A stretch of DNA of 63,786 bases, counting the filler, from Octopus bimaculoides (lineage: Eukaryota), in the NCBI RefSeq assembly GCF_001194135.2. It is 8 parts of 8 records of this genome, joined end to end, with 100 filler letters (N's around TTAATTAATTAA, not from the genome) between each part and the next. Parts side by side here need not be neighbours in the genome. Positions count along the whole stretch, not along the records: positions 40,488 to 42,633 come from NC_068981.1; positions 42,734 to 57,517 come from NC_069001.1; 6 more parts are not named here. One strand, 5' to 3'. Positions 40,804 to 54,400 of this stretch are shown here, piece by piece. The translations under genes were made by a program, and so were the position numbers. The notes beneath the pieces are model-generated. The model did no database searches and was not told the DNA's origin. It saw only the letters and a list, made by a program, of their open reading frames with translations. The first letter of the stretch is position 1, and each line of letters starts with the position of its first letter.

Positions 40804-41548
40804 ATTTTACCTGTAGAAATGTGTTTGGCCTGGAAAGGGATGGGCTCCATCAGGCTTTTAAACCCTAGATATTACGCATGGCCGCAGCACCCCAACGATA
40901 CCCAAGGGACTTGTCAATTGTCAACATACACTTTTAATATAACTCTGCATAACTTAAATTGTCGTGAGCGCATATTAAGCGTTCATCGTATCAGACGCTT
41001 GTATCTGACGAGCTGGACGTGTTAAGCTGTTTATATATGACCTTTCTTTCTTGGTTCGGCCGTCGTCCGTGCAACATCTATATTCCTCCCTGTGCCTGTG
41101 AAATTTTGTATCCCTGCCGTAAGGCTTTACTTTCACACACGCCAGCTTAATTTAATTCGTCCTTAGTAAAAAAACCACCTGTTGTTATGTCCTGTTATTT
41201 GTATTTGTGTAACATTCTCCGTTTTTTACTGTCCTTGTTTTCGTATACATTCGCTGCTTTCTTCCAAGGAATCTAATGCTCATAGCTTACTTTTTCCTTG
41301 GGGCTGGCCAGATTGGAGCAATCTCAAATATAACCANNNNNNNNNNNNNNNNNNNNNNNNNNNNNNNNNNNNNNNNNNNNNNNNNNNNNNNNNNNNNNNN
41401 NNNNNNNNNNNNNNNNNNNNNNNNNNNNNNNNNNNNNNNNNNNNNNNNNNNNNNNNNNNNNNNNNNNNNNNNNNNNNNNNNNNNNNNNNNNNNNNNNNNN
41501 NNNNNNNNNNNNNNNNNNNNNNNNNNNNNNNNNNNNNNNNNNNNNNNN

Positions 41549-41581
<33 letters not shown>

Positions 41582-41585
41582 GTAT

Positions 41586-41994
41586 CTTTTATTTGTTTCA
41601 GTCATTAGACTGCGGCCATGCTGAGGTACCACCGCCTTGAATTTTTTGTTTTGTGTTAGTCAAGTGAATCGATCCCGGTACTTATCTTTTTAAAGCCTGG
41701 TACTTATTCTGTCGAGGTCTTTTGCTGAAACGCTAAATTACAAGGATGCAAACACACCAACACCAGTTGTCAAGCGGTGGTGGGGGACAAACACGAACAG
41801 AAAGACACACAGACATAGACACACACACAATTCCCAAACACGAACATATACGACGGGGTTCTTTCAGTTTCCGTTAATCAAATCCACTCACAAGGCATTG
41901 GTTGGCCCGAGGCTATAATAGAAAACACTCGTCCAAGGGGGACTGAACCCGGAATCGTGTGATTGGGAAGCAAGCTTCTCACCACACAACCACG
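41586..41994 (-). mobile_element. SINE family A, near full length
   Basis: Aligns along its length with 12299-12716. Confidence 0.85.
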
Positions 41995-42299
41995 AGTCCT
42001 AGGATTCATAGGGTCGGTTACCCAGTTTCTATGGCGAATAAATGCTCCATATCACAACATTCCCTCTCAAAGCCGGTCCCTTGCAGGATTTTCGGGTAGG
42101 GGACATATCGTGTACATTGACGCCAATATTTCACTGGGGCCGCTAACCAGTTCGTTCTACGTGCTAATGATTCTGCCAGCTCATCCATCTATCTTTATAA
42201 TAGTGTGTAAATATAGGGCTAAAAACCCTTTGGATAGAAAAAGTCAAAGTTTGCCCGTGTGACCCGATCCCAGATCTGCTGTAAATGACAAGCGTTCTA

Positions 42300-42520
42300 C
42301 CATTGGACCAAAGCAATTCTCTCAATTTCTCTGTCTATTTTAGAAACTTAATTCTTATCTGCCAGAATTCTATACTGTTGATGTTAGAAGAATTATTTAA
42401 CGTTCTCTCAAAGTTTCTAAATTCTTATGACGTCAACAGCATATAATTTTCGCTGGTAAGAATAGAGCTTTTAAAATGGAGAGGGAGAGAGAGATTCGAA
42501 GGTTTGCTTTAGTCCAATGG
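42300..42520. mobile_element. Fold-back MITE flanked by TA (Tc1/mariner-type target)
   Basis: TA|CCATTGGACCAAAGCAA...TTGCTTTAGTCCAATGG|TA. The two arms of about 100 bp remain alignable as inverted repeats. Confidence 0.7.
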
Positions 42521-42633
42521 TAAAATACAACAGATCATCAGTGAATGCTTTATTGCATTAAGGTACAGATAACTATGTATGTATGCATGCATGTATGCTT
42601 GTACGTTTGTATGTATGTATGTATGTATGTATA

Positions 42634-42733
42634 NNNNNNNNNNNNNNNNNNNNNNNNNNNNNNNNNNNNNNNNNNNNTTAATTAATTAANNNNNNNNNNN
42701 NNNNNNNNNNNNNNNNNNNNNNNNNNNNNNNNN
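42634..42733. other. Artificial scaffold spacer
   Basis: 44N-TTAATTAATTAA-44N. Confidence 0.95.
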
Positions 42734-42769
42734 TTGGGGTTCGTGACCTGAATAATACTAATAATAATA

Positions 42770-42915
42770 ACATCATCGAAAAATACCTTAGGAATGAGAA
42801 CCCAGGTTTGAAATTTCCCCAAGACATCTGATGAAGCCTGGAGGGTATATTAGCTGAAACGTAGTTTTAACAACAAACAAGATGAGGATAAATATCCGTC
42901 AAATGTAAATAATGT
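42770..42915 (+). mobile_element. Penelope-like terminal fragment with a hammerhead-like motif
   Basis: GACAT-CTGATGA-AGCCTG..TAGCT-GAAA-CG-TA at 42823-42863, ending in (TGTAAATAA)n. Confidence 0.55.
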
Positions 42916-43259
42916 AAATAATGTAAATAACATAAATATTACAGTTTGATTCAGCATCGTGCGTCTTAAAGTTTAGCCGGCTTCGAACAGGAAGATGGCT
43001 TGTTCAGGATTATGTGCATTTAGTTGATTTATATCAAAGGACACTAGAGCACTTAACCAGAGAAACACGTTTCGGATTGGAAGTTGATGAAAAGAATACT
43101 TCAATAAATACTTTAATAAATAAATTTTAAAATTTATGGTGTCTTCATTATATACTCTAGAGGCTCCACAAAACTCAATGAAGCAAACTCATGACTTCCC
43201 AGTTTATTTGTCTGTAAATAACAATTCTTTATTATGCGATGTAGCGAGCCAGACCTAGA

Positions 43260-43880
43260 TTGCATCAGAGTGATTATAGGTAATACGTTGCTGGAGTTGT
43301 TTCTGAAAGTTTTCCATGAATTTCGATGTTATCTAACGTAGAATTGTGTCTATTTCCTGTCTTCAAATCCTCAAGAGTTGGAGGACGATGTCGGAAAACC
43401 TTTTATTATTTTTTTAGGTATCTCCGAAGGGAAAGGTCGCGAGGGCTTAAATCCGGTCATACTGCAATTTATAACTCCCCTTAAAGAAATTAAACGCACA
43501 GGAAACTTTTCTCTCAACTCTCCGAGCGAACCTTCGTGCCGTGTGAGCTGTGGGCCCATTCTGTTGAAATCACACATGTCCTGTATCCAAATCGTCCATT
43601 TTGGGTCGCAGTAAGCCCTCCAACAATTCAACATACCGGCTGGAGGTAACAGTTACTTTTGCATCACCTTCTTCAAAAGTGTACCAGCTGATTACACCGA
43701 AGTCGGTAACTGCACACCAGACAGTTATGCGAGGAGAGTGAAGAGGTCGTTGGTGGAGTTCATGAGGATTATGTTTCGCCCAATAGCGCAAATTATGCTT
43801 GTTTATGGCTCCATTAATATAGAAGTAAGCCTCATCGGTACTCAAAGGAATAGCTGCAGCAGGAAATTGCGCCAGGAATT
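43260..43880 (-). mobile_element. Tc1/mariner transposase remnant, DD41D (rosa)-like
   Basis: STDEAYFYINGAINKHNLRYWAKHNPHELHQRPLHSPRITVWCAV..*FQQNGPTAHTARR..FPVRLISLRG..PDLSPRDLF. The spacing is reconstructed across frameshifts. Confidence 0.8.
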
Positions 43881-46800
43881 TTGTGTCAAACTCACCTACA
43901 GTGAATAGACAGCAACTACGATTGGGGATTGACATGAAATTTCATCACTGCGTGTGTTTCTGTGAAGATGACAAATGCTACACAGACGATGAGTGCCACA
44001 TTTCTTTCTCTATTGGCGTCATCCAGTGAAATGAATTTTACTCTTGGCATCAGAGAATCTACTCGCTATGTATGAAGTGAAGCTTAACATGCAACATGCA
44101 TATCTTGTAAATGTAGTAAACTCGAACCCGCAAAGCCCATGCCGCAACAGGAACAACCACCTGCCGCATCCACACACACATATACAATAGCTTTCTTAAA
44201 AGAATATATAACAAAAATGGAAGCACCAGCATCGTAAATAAATGTATTACTAATGCTCAGTTGAACAGTATTGAACATGAAAATATTCCGCCTCGAATTT
44301 ACGTTGGCGCCTTACGTAGGGATTTCACTTAGAATCATTTCCTTTTATAGTTTTTGCAGCAGAGATAATACGAATATAGACATCACTTCGTGTGCCGAGT
44401 ACAGTTTCTTTTGTGTGAAAGGAGATTATCTGTGAAAATCTTAACTCGAAACTTTTCAAAGAGTGACTTGGTTTAAGAAACTTGAGGTGCAAGTGGGAAT
44501 GTCACAAACCTTGCAGTTGATTAACAAAATAGCTTATCGTAGAATCAAAAGAGAGATAGCGAACACAACAGAAATATGAAATAAAGCCCAATATATAGCG
44601 GAGAAGAAAACCAGAAAATAGAAATGAGAAAAGTAAAAAGAAACGAATCGTTGGAAACATTTTTGATTACAGTCCAACTGTGCAAATCAAATGATTTGAT
44701 AACAATGCAAAAGAATGGAAAAAAGTTTATAATATTTCCCTTCAAAGTCTTTTGACAGATATGAACATTTATCTTGTAATGCTTCAGTTCTTCATTCTCT
44801 TAAAAGACATTAATAGCTTCTGATTATTTTTTTTTCCTTTCTAATTACTTTGGGGAATTTATTCGTTCTAAGTTTGCAAAATCTACCGCAAAAGACACTT
44901 TATTGTTCTTGTGAGTATATATAATAAAACAAAATAATAACTAAAACCTTATTGTCTCATAAATTTATTTATATCGATATCTTTCAAGTCTTAATGCTAT
45001 GGAACAGTGAAGACGGAATGGCTTCTATCTTGTAGTCAGAGATTTACGACAGTAAAGAGAGATGAGCAGCGAAGACAGGAAACCAGCAAGAAATGAATAT
45101 GAACGTAAAATAGAGGATATACAGTGTAGAAGTTGTGATACAAATATATAAGTCAGTGTTATTTATATAAAGTGTCTGAGCATCAAATTACTAAGCCTTT
45201 TATGTAACAGAAGAATGAATGAGAGAGGAAGAAAGAGAAAGAAGTACGAAGAAAAAGACGAAACTACTAATAAAGAATTGAATTGTGAATACATGGTGTA
45301 TAGAAAGTGAACAATGTAGCACACGTTAAAACATGCGGTTTATAATAGGAATAGAAATAAAAGTAACAATGATGAAGTTGGGTGATTTTCTTTTGTTTTA
45401 TTGGTTAACTCCAATGCAGTTCTGATCAAGGATACATATTGCAGGTAATAATACGTGTGATTCACGTGTAAACGGCTTTACTTGTTTCAGGATCTTTTAG
45501 AATGATAGTGTATGTGAGGTTAATTGTGTGAGGTACAGTGTTGGTGTTAGGCTGTGTTTTTCCTCAATATATGTCAAATTTTACAGATGATCTGACACAG
45601 GTTACATACAAACATATAGCATAATACAGCAATGTTACACAAACATCCCCCCACACACAAGTATATGTATATATATGTGTGTGTGTGTATTTATGTATGT
45701 ATGCATCGATATATGTATATATATACACATACATACATATATGCATATACATAAACCTGTATGAGTGTGTGTGTGCGAGCGCGTCTGCGAGCGCGTGTGC
45801 GGCAAGGAAAATGTCCTTTACTATTGAATTATATTTATATTCACTGAATTTAGGAAAATATTCATCTGTCGGATGCCGATACCGACTTGAAAAACATGAC
45901 CTTGTAATAAATCATTTTCATTTATATATTTATTATTCATGGATAGGTTTCAGAAACATATTATTAATTTCGTTTCTTCAAAAATAATTAGGTGCGATAT
46001 GCATAAAAATATTCAATATCAAAAAATACTGAATAAGAAACTCAGAAAAAAATTTACAGATAATAAAGTTACTTTAGAAACGAGCCAATGGCTATACTTT
46101 TAGCTAATCATTCATTTTATGTACATATGTGGTTTTGTATAATTTCCCTTTCATAAACTGCTTGTGAGATAGTTGGATACATTCCTTAACTGCCTTATTG
46201 TGTTTAATGCAACAACTAAGCAAGTGTCATAATTATTTAAACCTCAGCGCGCTACCGCACACTATTATAGTCATTTGGTATTTTATGCTGATAATTAGTA
46301 CATTGCTGTTGTTTGAATTATGAAAATATGAGAACTATTATGTGATATTGTTGTCTGGGTTTGCTAAACAATACATGATTATACTCTATAATTATAGAGA
46401 ATTACACGAATAACACGAAAATATTTTTCGATGCTGTTGAAATTGGGTTTTTCAGGCGTATGTAGAACAACTTTGTTACATTATTGCTACTCGGCTTATA
46501 ATTCTCGGAGTCGGAACAACAAGTTCTTATTCAACATCGCGTATTGATTTTAAAAACTACAAAAGATTTTGTTAATGTGTGGTGAGTTTTAAAGCTTCTG
46601 TGGCGTATTACTCGAATACATATCTCAATTCTTGCTATATTTTAGAAGAAAATTTTAGAAGAACAGTGTACCATTGCTTAACTGTGTGCACGTCAGTGTT
46701 TGAAACATGCTTTGTTATACTTCCTGCAAGAAGTATGGCAAGCTTTACAAATGATTTGAAATAGGTTATACATAAAATTATGCGTAAATATGGCCATTTA

Positions 46801-47479
46801 CAGGAATGCGTGTGCCTATGAAAATTTCCTGAGGACAGCATGTCTCTCTTTGGAGAACAAGACAGTCTTTGGTGCTGTACAATTGCACATTAGTAACAAG
46901 ACGATTATTATTACTGCTGTTGTGATTTCAGTGTACGATCATGTTGGAAAATTATACTATGTGTATGTAAATATGTGGCATACAGATCGTATTGACCATT
47001 TAGAAATAAGCCTTTATAATTTTTTCAACCCGATTTGCTCATGAGCCAACACAATGTTATAGCATACTTTAATGTGTCAATCATAGATATTCTAAATTTC
47101 ATCGAATTATTTTAAGAATATTGTTACTGCAGATATAATCAACCGTCTACGTTATTACAATGATAGACAACACAAGCAAGTCACCCTCAATTGATTCTCT
47201 CTATTCTTAACTACAACTAAAATAACAGGTTGTCAAGGTTTGCTCTTGATCATGAGTCATTTGGATCAGGATTGAGTAAGAATTAATCATTAATAAGAAC
47301 AATGACACGTGGTAGACGTTCTTATGAAGCGAAATATTTGTGAGCAGTATCAATATCTCATGGCATATATTGCTTCATGAAAATCAGTCTCCTGCATTCT
47401 TCTCACCAAAAGACAGTTCTATGTTAAAAGGTCGTCTGGTATTACCTTCCATTTCCTATAGGAAAATTTACAACTAAAC

Positions 47480-48393
<914 letters not shown>

Positions 48394-48731
48394 NNNNNNN
48401 NNNNNNNNNNNNNNNNNNNNNNNNNNNNNNNNNNNNNNNNNNNNNNNNNNNNNNNNNNNNNNNNNNNNNNNNNNNNNNNNNNNNNNNNNNNNNNNNNNNN
48501 NNNNNNNNNNNNNNNNNNNNNNNNNNNNNNNNNNNNNNNNNNNNNNNNNNNNNNNNNNNNNNNNNNNNNNNNNNNNNNNNNNNNNNNNNNNNNNNNNNNN
48601 NNNNNNNNNNNNNNNNNNNNNNNNNNNNNNNNNNNNNNNNNNNNNNNNNNNNNNNNNNNNNNNNNNNNNNNNNNNNNNNNNNNNNNNNNNNNNNNNNNNN
48701 NNNNNNNNNNNNNNNNNNNNNNNNNNNNNNN

Positions 48732-48771
<40 letters not shown>

Positions 48772-50218
48772 TCTCACACACACATAATATATATTATTAA
48801 AATTAATATGTAAGAAAATTTATGTCAACACAACTTTAATCCATATTGTAGAAATTCTAACTGAACATCTGAAAGGTTTTTAGCTGTTAAAAACGCTAAC
48901 GAAAAGAAACGCCGAACCAAATTTAACATTCATTCGTGCAACCAAAAGCGTCGTCATTGAATAACTAATTTAGTTTATAAAAATGAAATATAAAATACCA
49001 CATTTTATAATTCCATATATTTTGACACTTTGAAATCTACATGAAAAAACCTAACGTACAAAACGAGTATATTTATCTACGAAAATTGATGACGTCACTG
49101 GATATCTAAAGAACAAAAACTGCAGACAAGAATTCTATGTTATGATTGATAGATAACTAAAGAATAAAAGCTAGAGATAATAATTGTCGGTAACGCTTAG
49201 TAGAAACTTATTTATTTTACGTCGCAATAATCAATTAGCTATTTATATATTTAATATAATATATCCTTCTATAGGAATTGATCTTATTTTATAATAACTA
49301 AAGAATTATTATATTCAACAGCTAAAAATTATTATATTTAACAGCAAAATTTTTTTTTAGATATTGTTATTAATTTTATAATATTATGTACATACATATA
49401 TATATAGGCGTACATGGCGGGGACGTAAGGCACCCCTCCCCTCTTTAAAAGGATTTTTACGGAGACCCATTTTTGGGGCTATGGAGAATCGGATTCTGAA
49501 AAAAAACAAAAAATGGCGAAAATTTCAATCCTTCCCCCATTTCTTAATTTTTCATTTTTACCTGAATTTGTTTTCTGGGGAAATACGTAGAAAGATACAG
49601 AGATTATGATTCAACAAAACGGAAAGATAATTTTGGCAAATCAACGAAATATTAATTAGCCATATTATATTTCTGATTTCAGAAATTTTTGTTTAATACA
49701 GAGAGGATAGATAATGATAATAATTTCAAAACTTACGACAGAGGGAAATAGATATTTCAAGGTCACACCAACATTTGAGTTGACTAATTAAGAATTATGC
49801 GAGTGTTGGTTTGTTTTGGCCAGAATTTTTACAGCCCAAAAAGTCAGACCGATTTAGCGACAACAATTACAAAGTATTGTTGACAAAGAAGAACTGATAG
49901 AAAGTCATTTTATCGAAATAAAAAGAATCTCACAGGCATTGAAATGATAGTTATTGAAAGATAGAAAGTAGGAACACAAAATATTTCATACGCGTTTTTC
50001 TTTAAGCATGCCTAATGGAAACAAAATGGAAACACAACGAAGTGTCAAACTGGACGGGTTTCATTTGAAACAAAGTAAATATTTTAGCTAAGTTTTCAGT
50101 GATTTGGACAACTTTTCAATATGATAATAAATACATTACGTTCTTTAATTGTTTGTGGAGTTATATAAAAATCAACGGACATGTAGTGCATGACTAGTAT
50201 TTCTCGACTGCACGCCAT

Positions 50219-50280
<62 letters not shown>

Positions 50281-51144
50281 GTATGTATGTATATATTAAT
50301 GCAATTGAGACAATTGTTGGATTATCAAGGTGTGATCTAAAATAAACAAATGATTTTCTTCGTACATATCATTGATTACCTTTAATACTCTGAATTTCAT
50401 AAAATTCTGATTAGGATTGTTGGATTTACCTGTCATGCATGAGTCTTCATCTGGGATTTGAATTCTACATACATTTACTGGTATCTACTTGTTGGGAATT
50501 TAACCTTACTGTTTCATACCGAGTTCTTACTGGATATCTGCCAGCAATTTTTAAGCCCGATATTCTAATATATATATTTATATATAATAGTGTACAAACA
50601 ATTAAGTATTTTTTCACGAAAGAGGTGACCTTTGACAGGACACCTTACAAGCTAGAAAGGGCATTCAAACCCAAACTACGAATAAAAGCAATTTCAAAGA
50701 GAATGAAAATTAAAATATTCTTATAGTTAATTTCTAACTCGAGTTTCTGTATTAATGAGCAAATAAATTAACGTGTTGTCTGTACTTCGTCAATGAGGTC
50801 ATTAATTAATATATAATATGTTGTCTATTGACTTTATTACGCGTGCTAGCCACCGGTATGAAAGTTTTTCTAAATTTTCTAGCTTATTATTTTCACAGTA
50901 TATATANNNNNNNNNNNNNNNNNNNNNNNNNNNNNNNNNNNNNNNNNNNNNNNNNNNNNNNNNNNNNNNNNNNNNNNNNNNNNNNNNNNNNNNNNNNNNN
51001 NNNNNNNNNNNNNNNNNNNNNNNNNNNNNNNNNNNNNNNNNNNNNNNNNNNNNNNNNNNNNNNNNNNNNNNNNNNNNNNNNNNNNNNNNNNNNNNNNNNN
51101 NNNNNNNNNNNNNNNNNNNNTATATATATATATATATATATATG

Positions 51145-51250
51145 GTTGGAACATTAAAGATTTTTCAATTCCCGAGCGTTATACTAATACATCTATTTGT
51201 TTTCTACAGCACCTGTCATTGTCTGTTGTTTTTTCGTGAGTTCTCCCTAT
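51145..51250 (+). mobile_element. Penelope-like terminal fragment
   Basis: Aligns with the reverse complement of 37771-37875. Confidence 0.6.
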
Positions 51251-51874
51251 ATATGTATACATATATATATATATAGTCTTTTATTGTTCAAATAGTTAAA
51301 ATGGGTGAGAGAGATTACTGAAGAACAGTTGATATAGTGCAGATAGTATGAAATTACAGTCATATGCAGGTCACTGATATCTTGAAAGTTTTGTCAGTAG
51401 TATAGGCCAACTGACACACATTCTACTGGCTATAGGTTTGGCTGTGAGCCAGATATAAAAAATGTATCTGTCTCAGGATTAGTGCTGTAGTCACCCTCTT
51501 TTACTTATTCTGGTTTATAGCCAAACCACTGACCGACAGCAATATTGTAGACATAAAGAATTAGTAGACTAATTCCAGTGAGGGATATCCGGAGTTATTA
51601 GCAATGTGACTCTGCTATTTGCTTTAAATATATTATAAAAATACTGCCCTCCCACTCCAGCCATCAACAGTTTCTCTTACTTTCAATGCCGATGTACAAA
51701 TGAAAGTTTTGCCTACTTTTTTAATTTTGCGCTCACCACACATATTGGGTTTTAAAAACTAAAGCATTCCTGTCACTAAATCCTTTACTTTTCTGTCTTC
51801 GCATTGTTTTCATTTTCAATCCTTCATGTAATAAAAAAACACGGCATCCAAAATATAAATAACATTACAATAAA

Positions 51875-52525
51875 CCTAGCTCCACCTGTAATACCCCTGA
51901 AAAACATTGTATCTGTAGATCTCCAAAACTCAATCCTCTAAGTAATAGCTGTATTGAAAAAGAATTTGTATACAAATCCAACATCATAGATTCCAATGAG
52001 ATAACAAAGATACACATCGCAATGACGGGGAACTCGGTCAACGAAAGATGCACCCAGTATCTGGCGTCATAAAGGGACAACAATAACAGACATATGACAT
52101 CCCTATCCAACACTGGACATCGAAAGAAGGAAGAGTAAACAAACACCAGATGACATGGAGCCAGAAAATACAGGGGAGGAGTAGCAAATGAGAGCTTTGC
52201 ATTACTAAAGGGATAAACATCATCCAATCAAAAGATAACAAATTAAAGATTAGGGATGAAACGATAACTCCTTGCATGCATAAGCAATATTTTATATTCC
52301 GACTTTTAAAAGAGGAGCCAACACGTACTCCGTTGATCCTGCAAGGATAGGATATTGCTCAGAACGTGGACATTTGATATATAGATTCATATGAACTCCA
52401 CACATATACGACACATGCCCTGATGATGAACTCCCTGAATACACAAACATACGCAAACTACACAAACTACACAAACTCAGGATTTCACAATATAAACGGA
52501 TTTACCGTTCAGCACAATTTGTTTT
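51875..52525 (+). mobile_element. Penelope-like element, GIY-YIG domain remnant and 3' end (second family)
   Basis: HCICRSPKLNPLSNSCIEKEFVYKS..KIHIAMTGNSVNERCTQYLAS*R..HWTSKE..WS..ELCITKGINII..RDETITPCMHKQYF, then CTGATGA at 52420. Confidence 0.7.
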
Positions 52526-52736
52526 CAAAAGTTCAATCCCGAGGGACATAATCGCCCAAAAGATGTTACTCAAGCGTTGACTACCTTCTTGTTCACCTTT
52601 GTCAATAATTCTTGCGAAACTTTATTGTACTTTAATCCAAAATGGAGACGAACACCAATTTCTTCATGAGATCGGCTTGAACATTGTTCAGATATTTTTG
52701 AATATGAAACAAATGTTAGTCTTAATACACAAATAG

Positions 52737-52805
<69 letters not shown>

Positions 52806-53715
52806 NNNNNNNNNNNNNNNNNNNNNNNNNNNNNNNNNNNNNNNNNNNNNNNNNNNNNNNNNNNNNNNNNNNNNNNNNNNNNNNNNNNNNNNNNNNNNNN
52901 NNNNNNNNNNNNNNNNNNNNNNNNNNNNNNNNNNNNNNNNNNNNNNNNNNNNNNNNNNNNNNNNNNNNNNNNNNNNNNNNNNNNNNNNNNNNNNNNNNNN
53001 NNNNNNNNNNNNNNNNNNNNNNNNNNNNNNNNNNNNNNNNNNNNNNNNNNNNNNNNNNNNNNNNNNNNNNNNNNNNNNNNNNNNNNNNNNNNNNNNNNNN
53101 NNNNNNNNNNNNNNNNNNNNNNNNNNNNNNNNNNNNNNNNNNNNNNNNNNNNNNNNNNNNNNNNNNNNNNNNNNNNNNNNNNNNNNNNNNNNNNNNNNNN
53201 NNNNNNNNNNNNNNNNNNNNNNNNNNNNNNNNNNNNNNNNNNNNNNNNNNNNNNNNNNNNNNNNNNNNNNNNNNNNNNNNNNNNNNNNNNNNNNNNNNNN
53301 NNNNNNNNNNNNNNNNNNNNNNNNNNNNNNNNNNNNNNNNNNNNNNNNNNNNNNNNNNNNNNNNNNNNNNNNNNNNNNNNNNNNNNNNNNNNNNNNNNNN
53401 NNNNNNNNNNNNNNNNNNNNNNNNNNNNNNNNNNNNNNNNNNNNNNNNNNNNNNNNNNNNNNNNNNNNNNNNNNNNNNNNNNNNNNNNNNNNNNNNNNNN
53501 NNNNNNNNNNNNNNNNNNNNNNNNNNNNNNNGTACGAAGAGACAAGGAGAGGAAAAACATGGAGAAACATAACACACGTGTATCTATGGAAAACTCACGG
53601 CACGCGGATGTGATAATGAGTTCCTTTTTCGTGTGTGCGGTAAGGAGTGTGGAAACTGAACCAGACTTTGTGGATGAAGCTATTGGGCGCGTGTGCTTGT
53701 GTATGTTTTTGTTCA

Positions 53716-53760
<45 letters not shown>

Positions 53761-53834
53761 GTGTGCGTGTGTGTATGTGTGTGCGTTTGTGTGTGTGTGC
53801 CTGTGAAGTTGAGGTTTGAAAAGGGGTTAAGAAT

Positions 53835-54400
53835 TTAGACCGTTAGGGTCCTATGTGTGGAGAGAAAAATATTTCTGCCCAAGACAGAGACGAGTGTCCT
53901 GTGCGAGGTAGCTCTGTCCAAGGCGAGGCCGAACACAAATAGATGTTGTAGTGAGTATCCAATTAAATAGAAATGCTGCAAATTTGGGGTGTCATTACCG
54001 AGTTTGATGACCCGTAGGTTTTCGGCAAAACGGTGAGCCACGTGTTGGTCAGTTTGTTCTATGTACGCGAAGGGGCAATGAAAACAGAGAATGCAATAAA
54101 TCAGATTACAGGTTGAGTAGTGGTGATATCGAAGGAGCGATTGTGGATGGTTACCAGTGAAGACGGTGGTGTTATAGAGAAGGGGCAAATGCGATAGCGT
54201 GGTCAAGATGAAGGAAAGGAGCCATATTGAGTGCTGAGCGTGAGGAAAGAGATACGACCTAGTAAGTAAGGAAGGGATAGATTGGTAATTGATGGGGTCG
54301 GATAGGTGGGTGCGGAAGTCTCGTAAAAAGTTCATCTGTGGGGTAGGGCTGAGGGATGGTGAAAAATGGGAGAAAGAGGATAACGGTGAAGCTGAAAGAG
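53835..54400 (-). mobile_element. Penelope-like element, GIY-YIG endonuclease remnant
   Basis: STCNLIYCILCFHCPFAYIEQTDQHVAHRFAENLRVIKLGNDTP..QHF..GYSLQHLFVFGL, matching the PLE pattern NLIYCI.C..C...YIGQT...L..RF.EH. Confidence 0.85.

Noticed and set aside
41005-41035. CTGACGA hammerhead-like core
   Set aside because: There is no GAAA after the putative stem II, so the motif is incomplete.
44084-44360. Minus-strand TATAAAAG plus a 64-aa ORF, and a plus-strand Pro/Gln-rich peptide
   Set aside because: These are short and expected by chance in AT-rich DNA, with no supporting homology.
45400-47050. Several AG..GT-bounded micro-exon candidates
   Set aside because: The splice signals are weak and I could not assemble a consistent reading frame or protein family.
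49030-49960. Possible hAT transposase traces
   Set aside because: Only scattered residues resemble the family, which is not enough to call.
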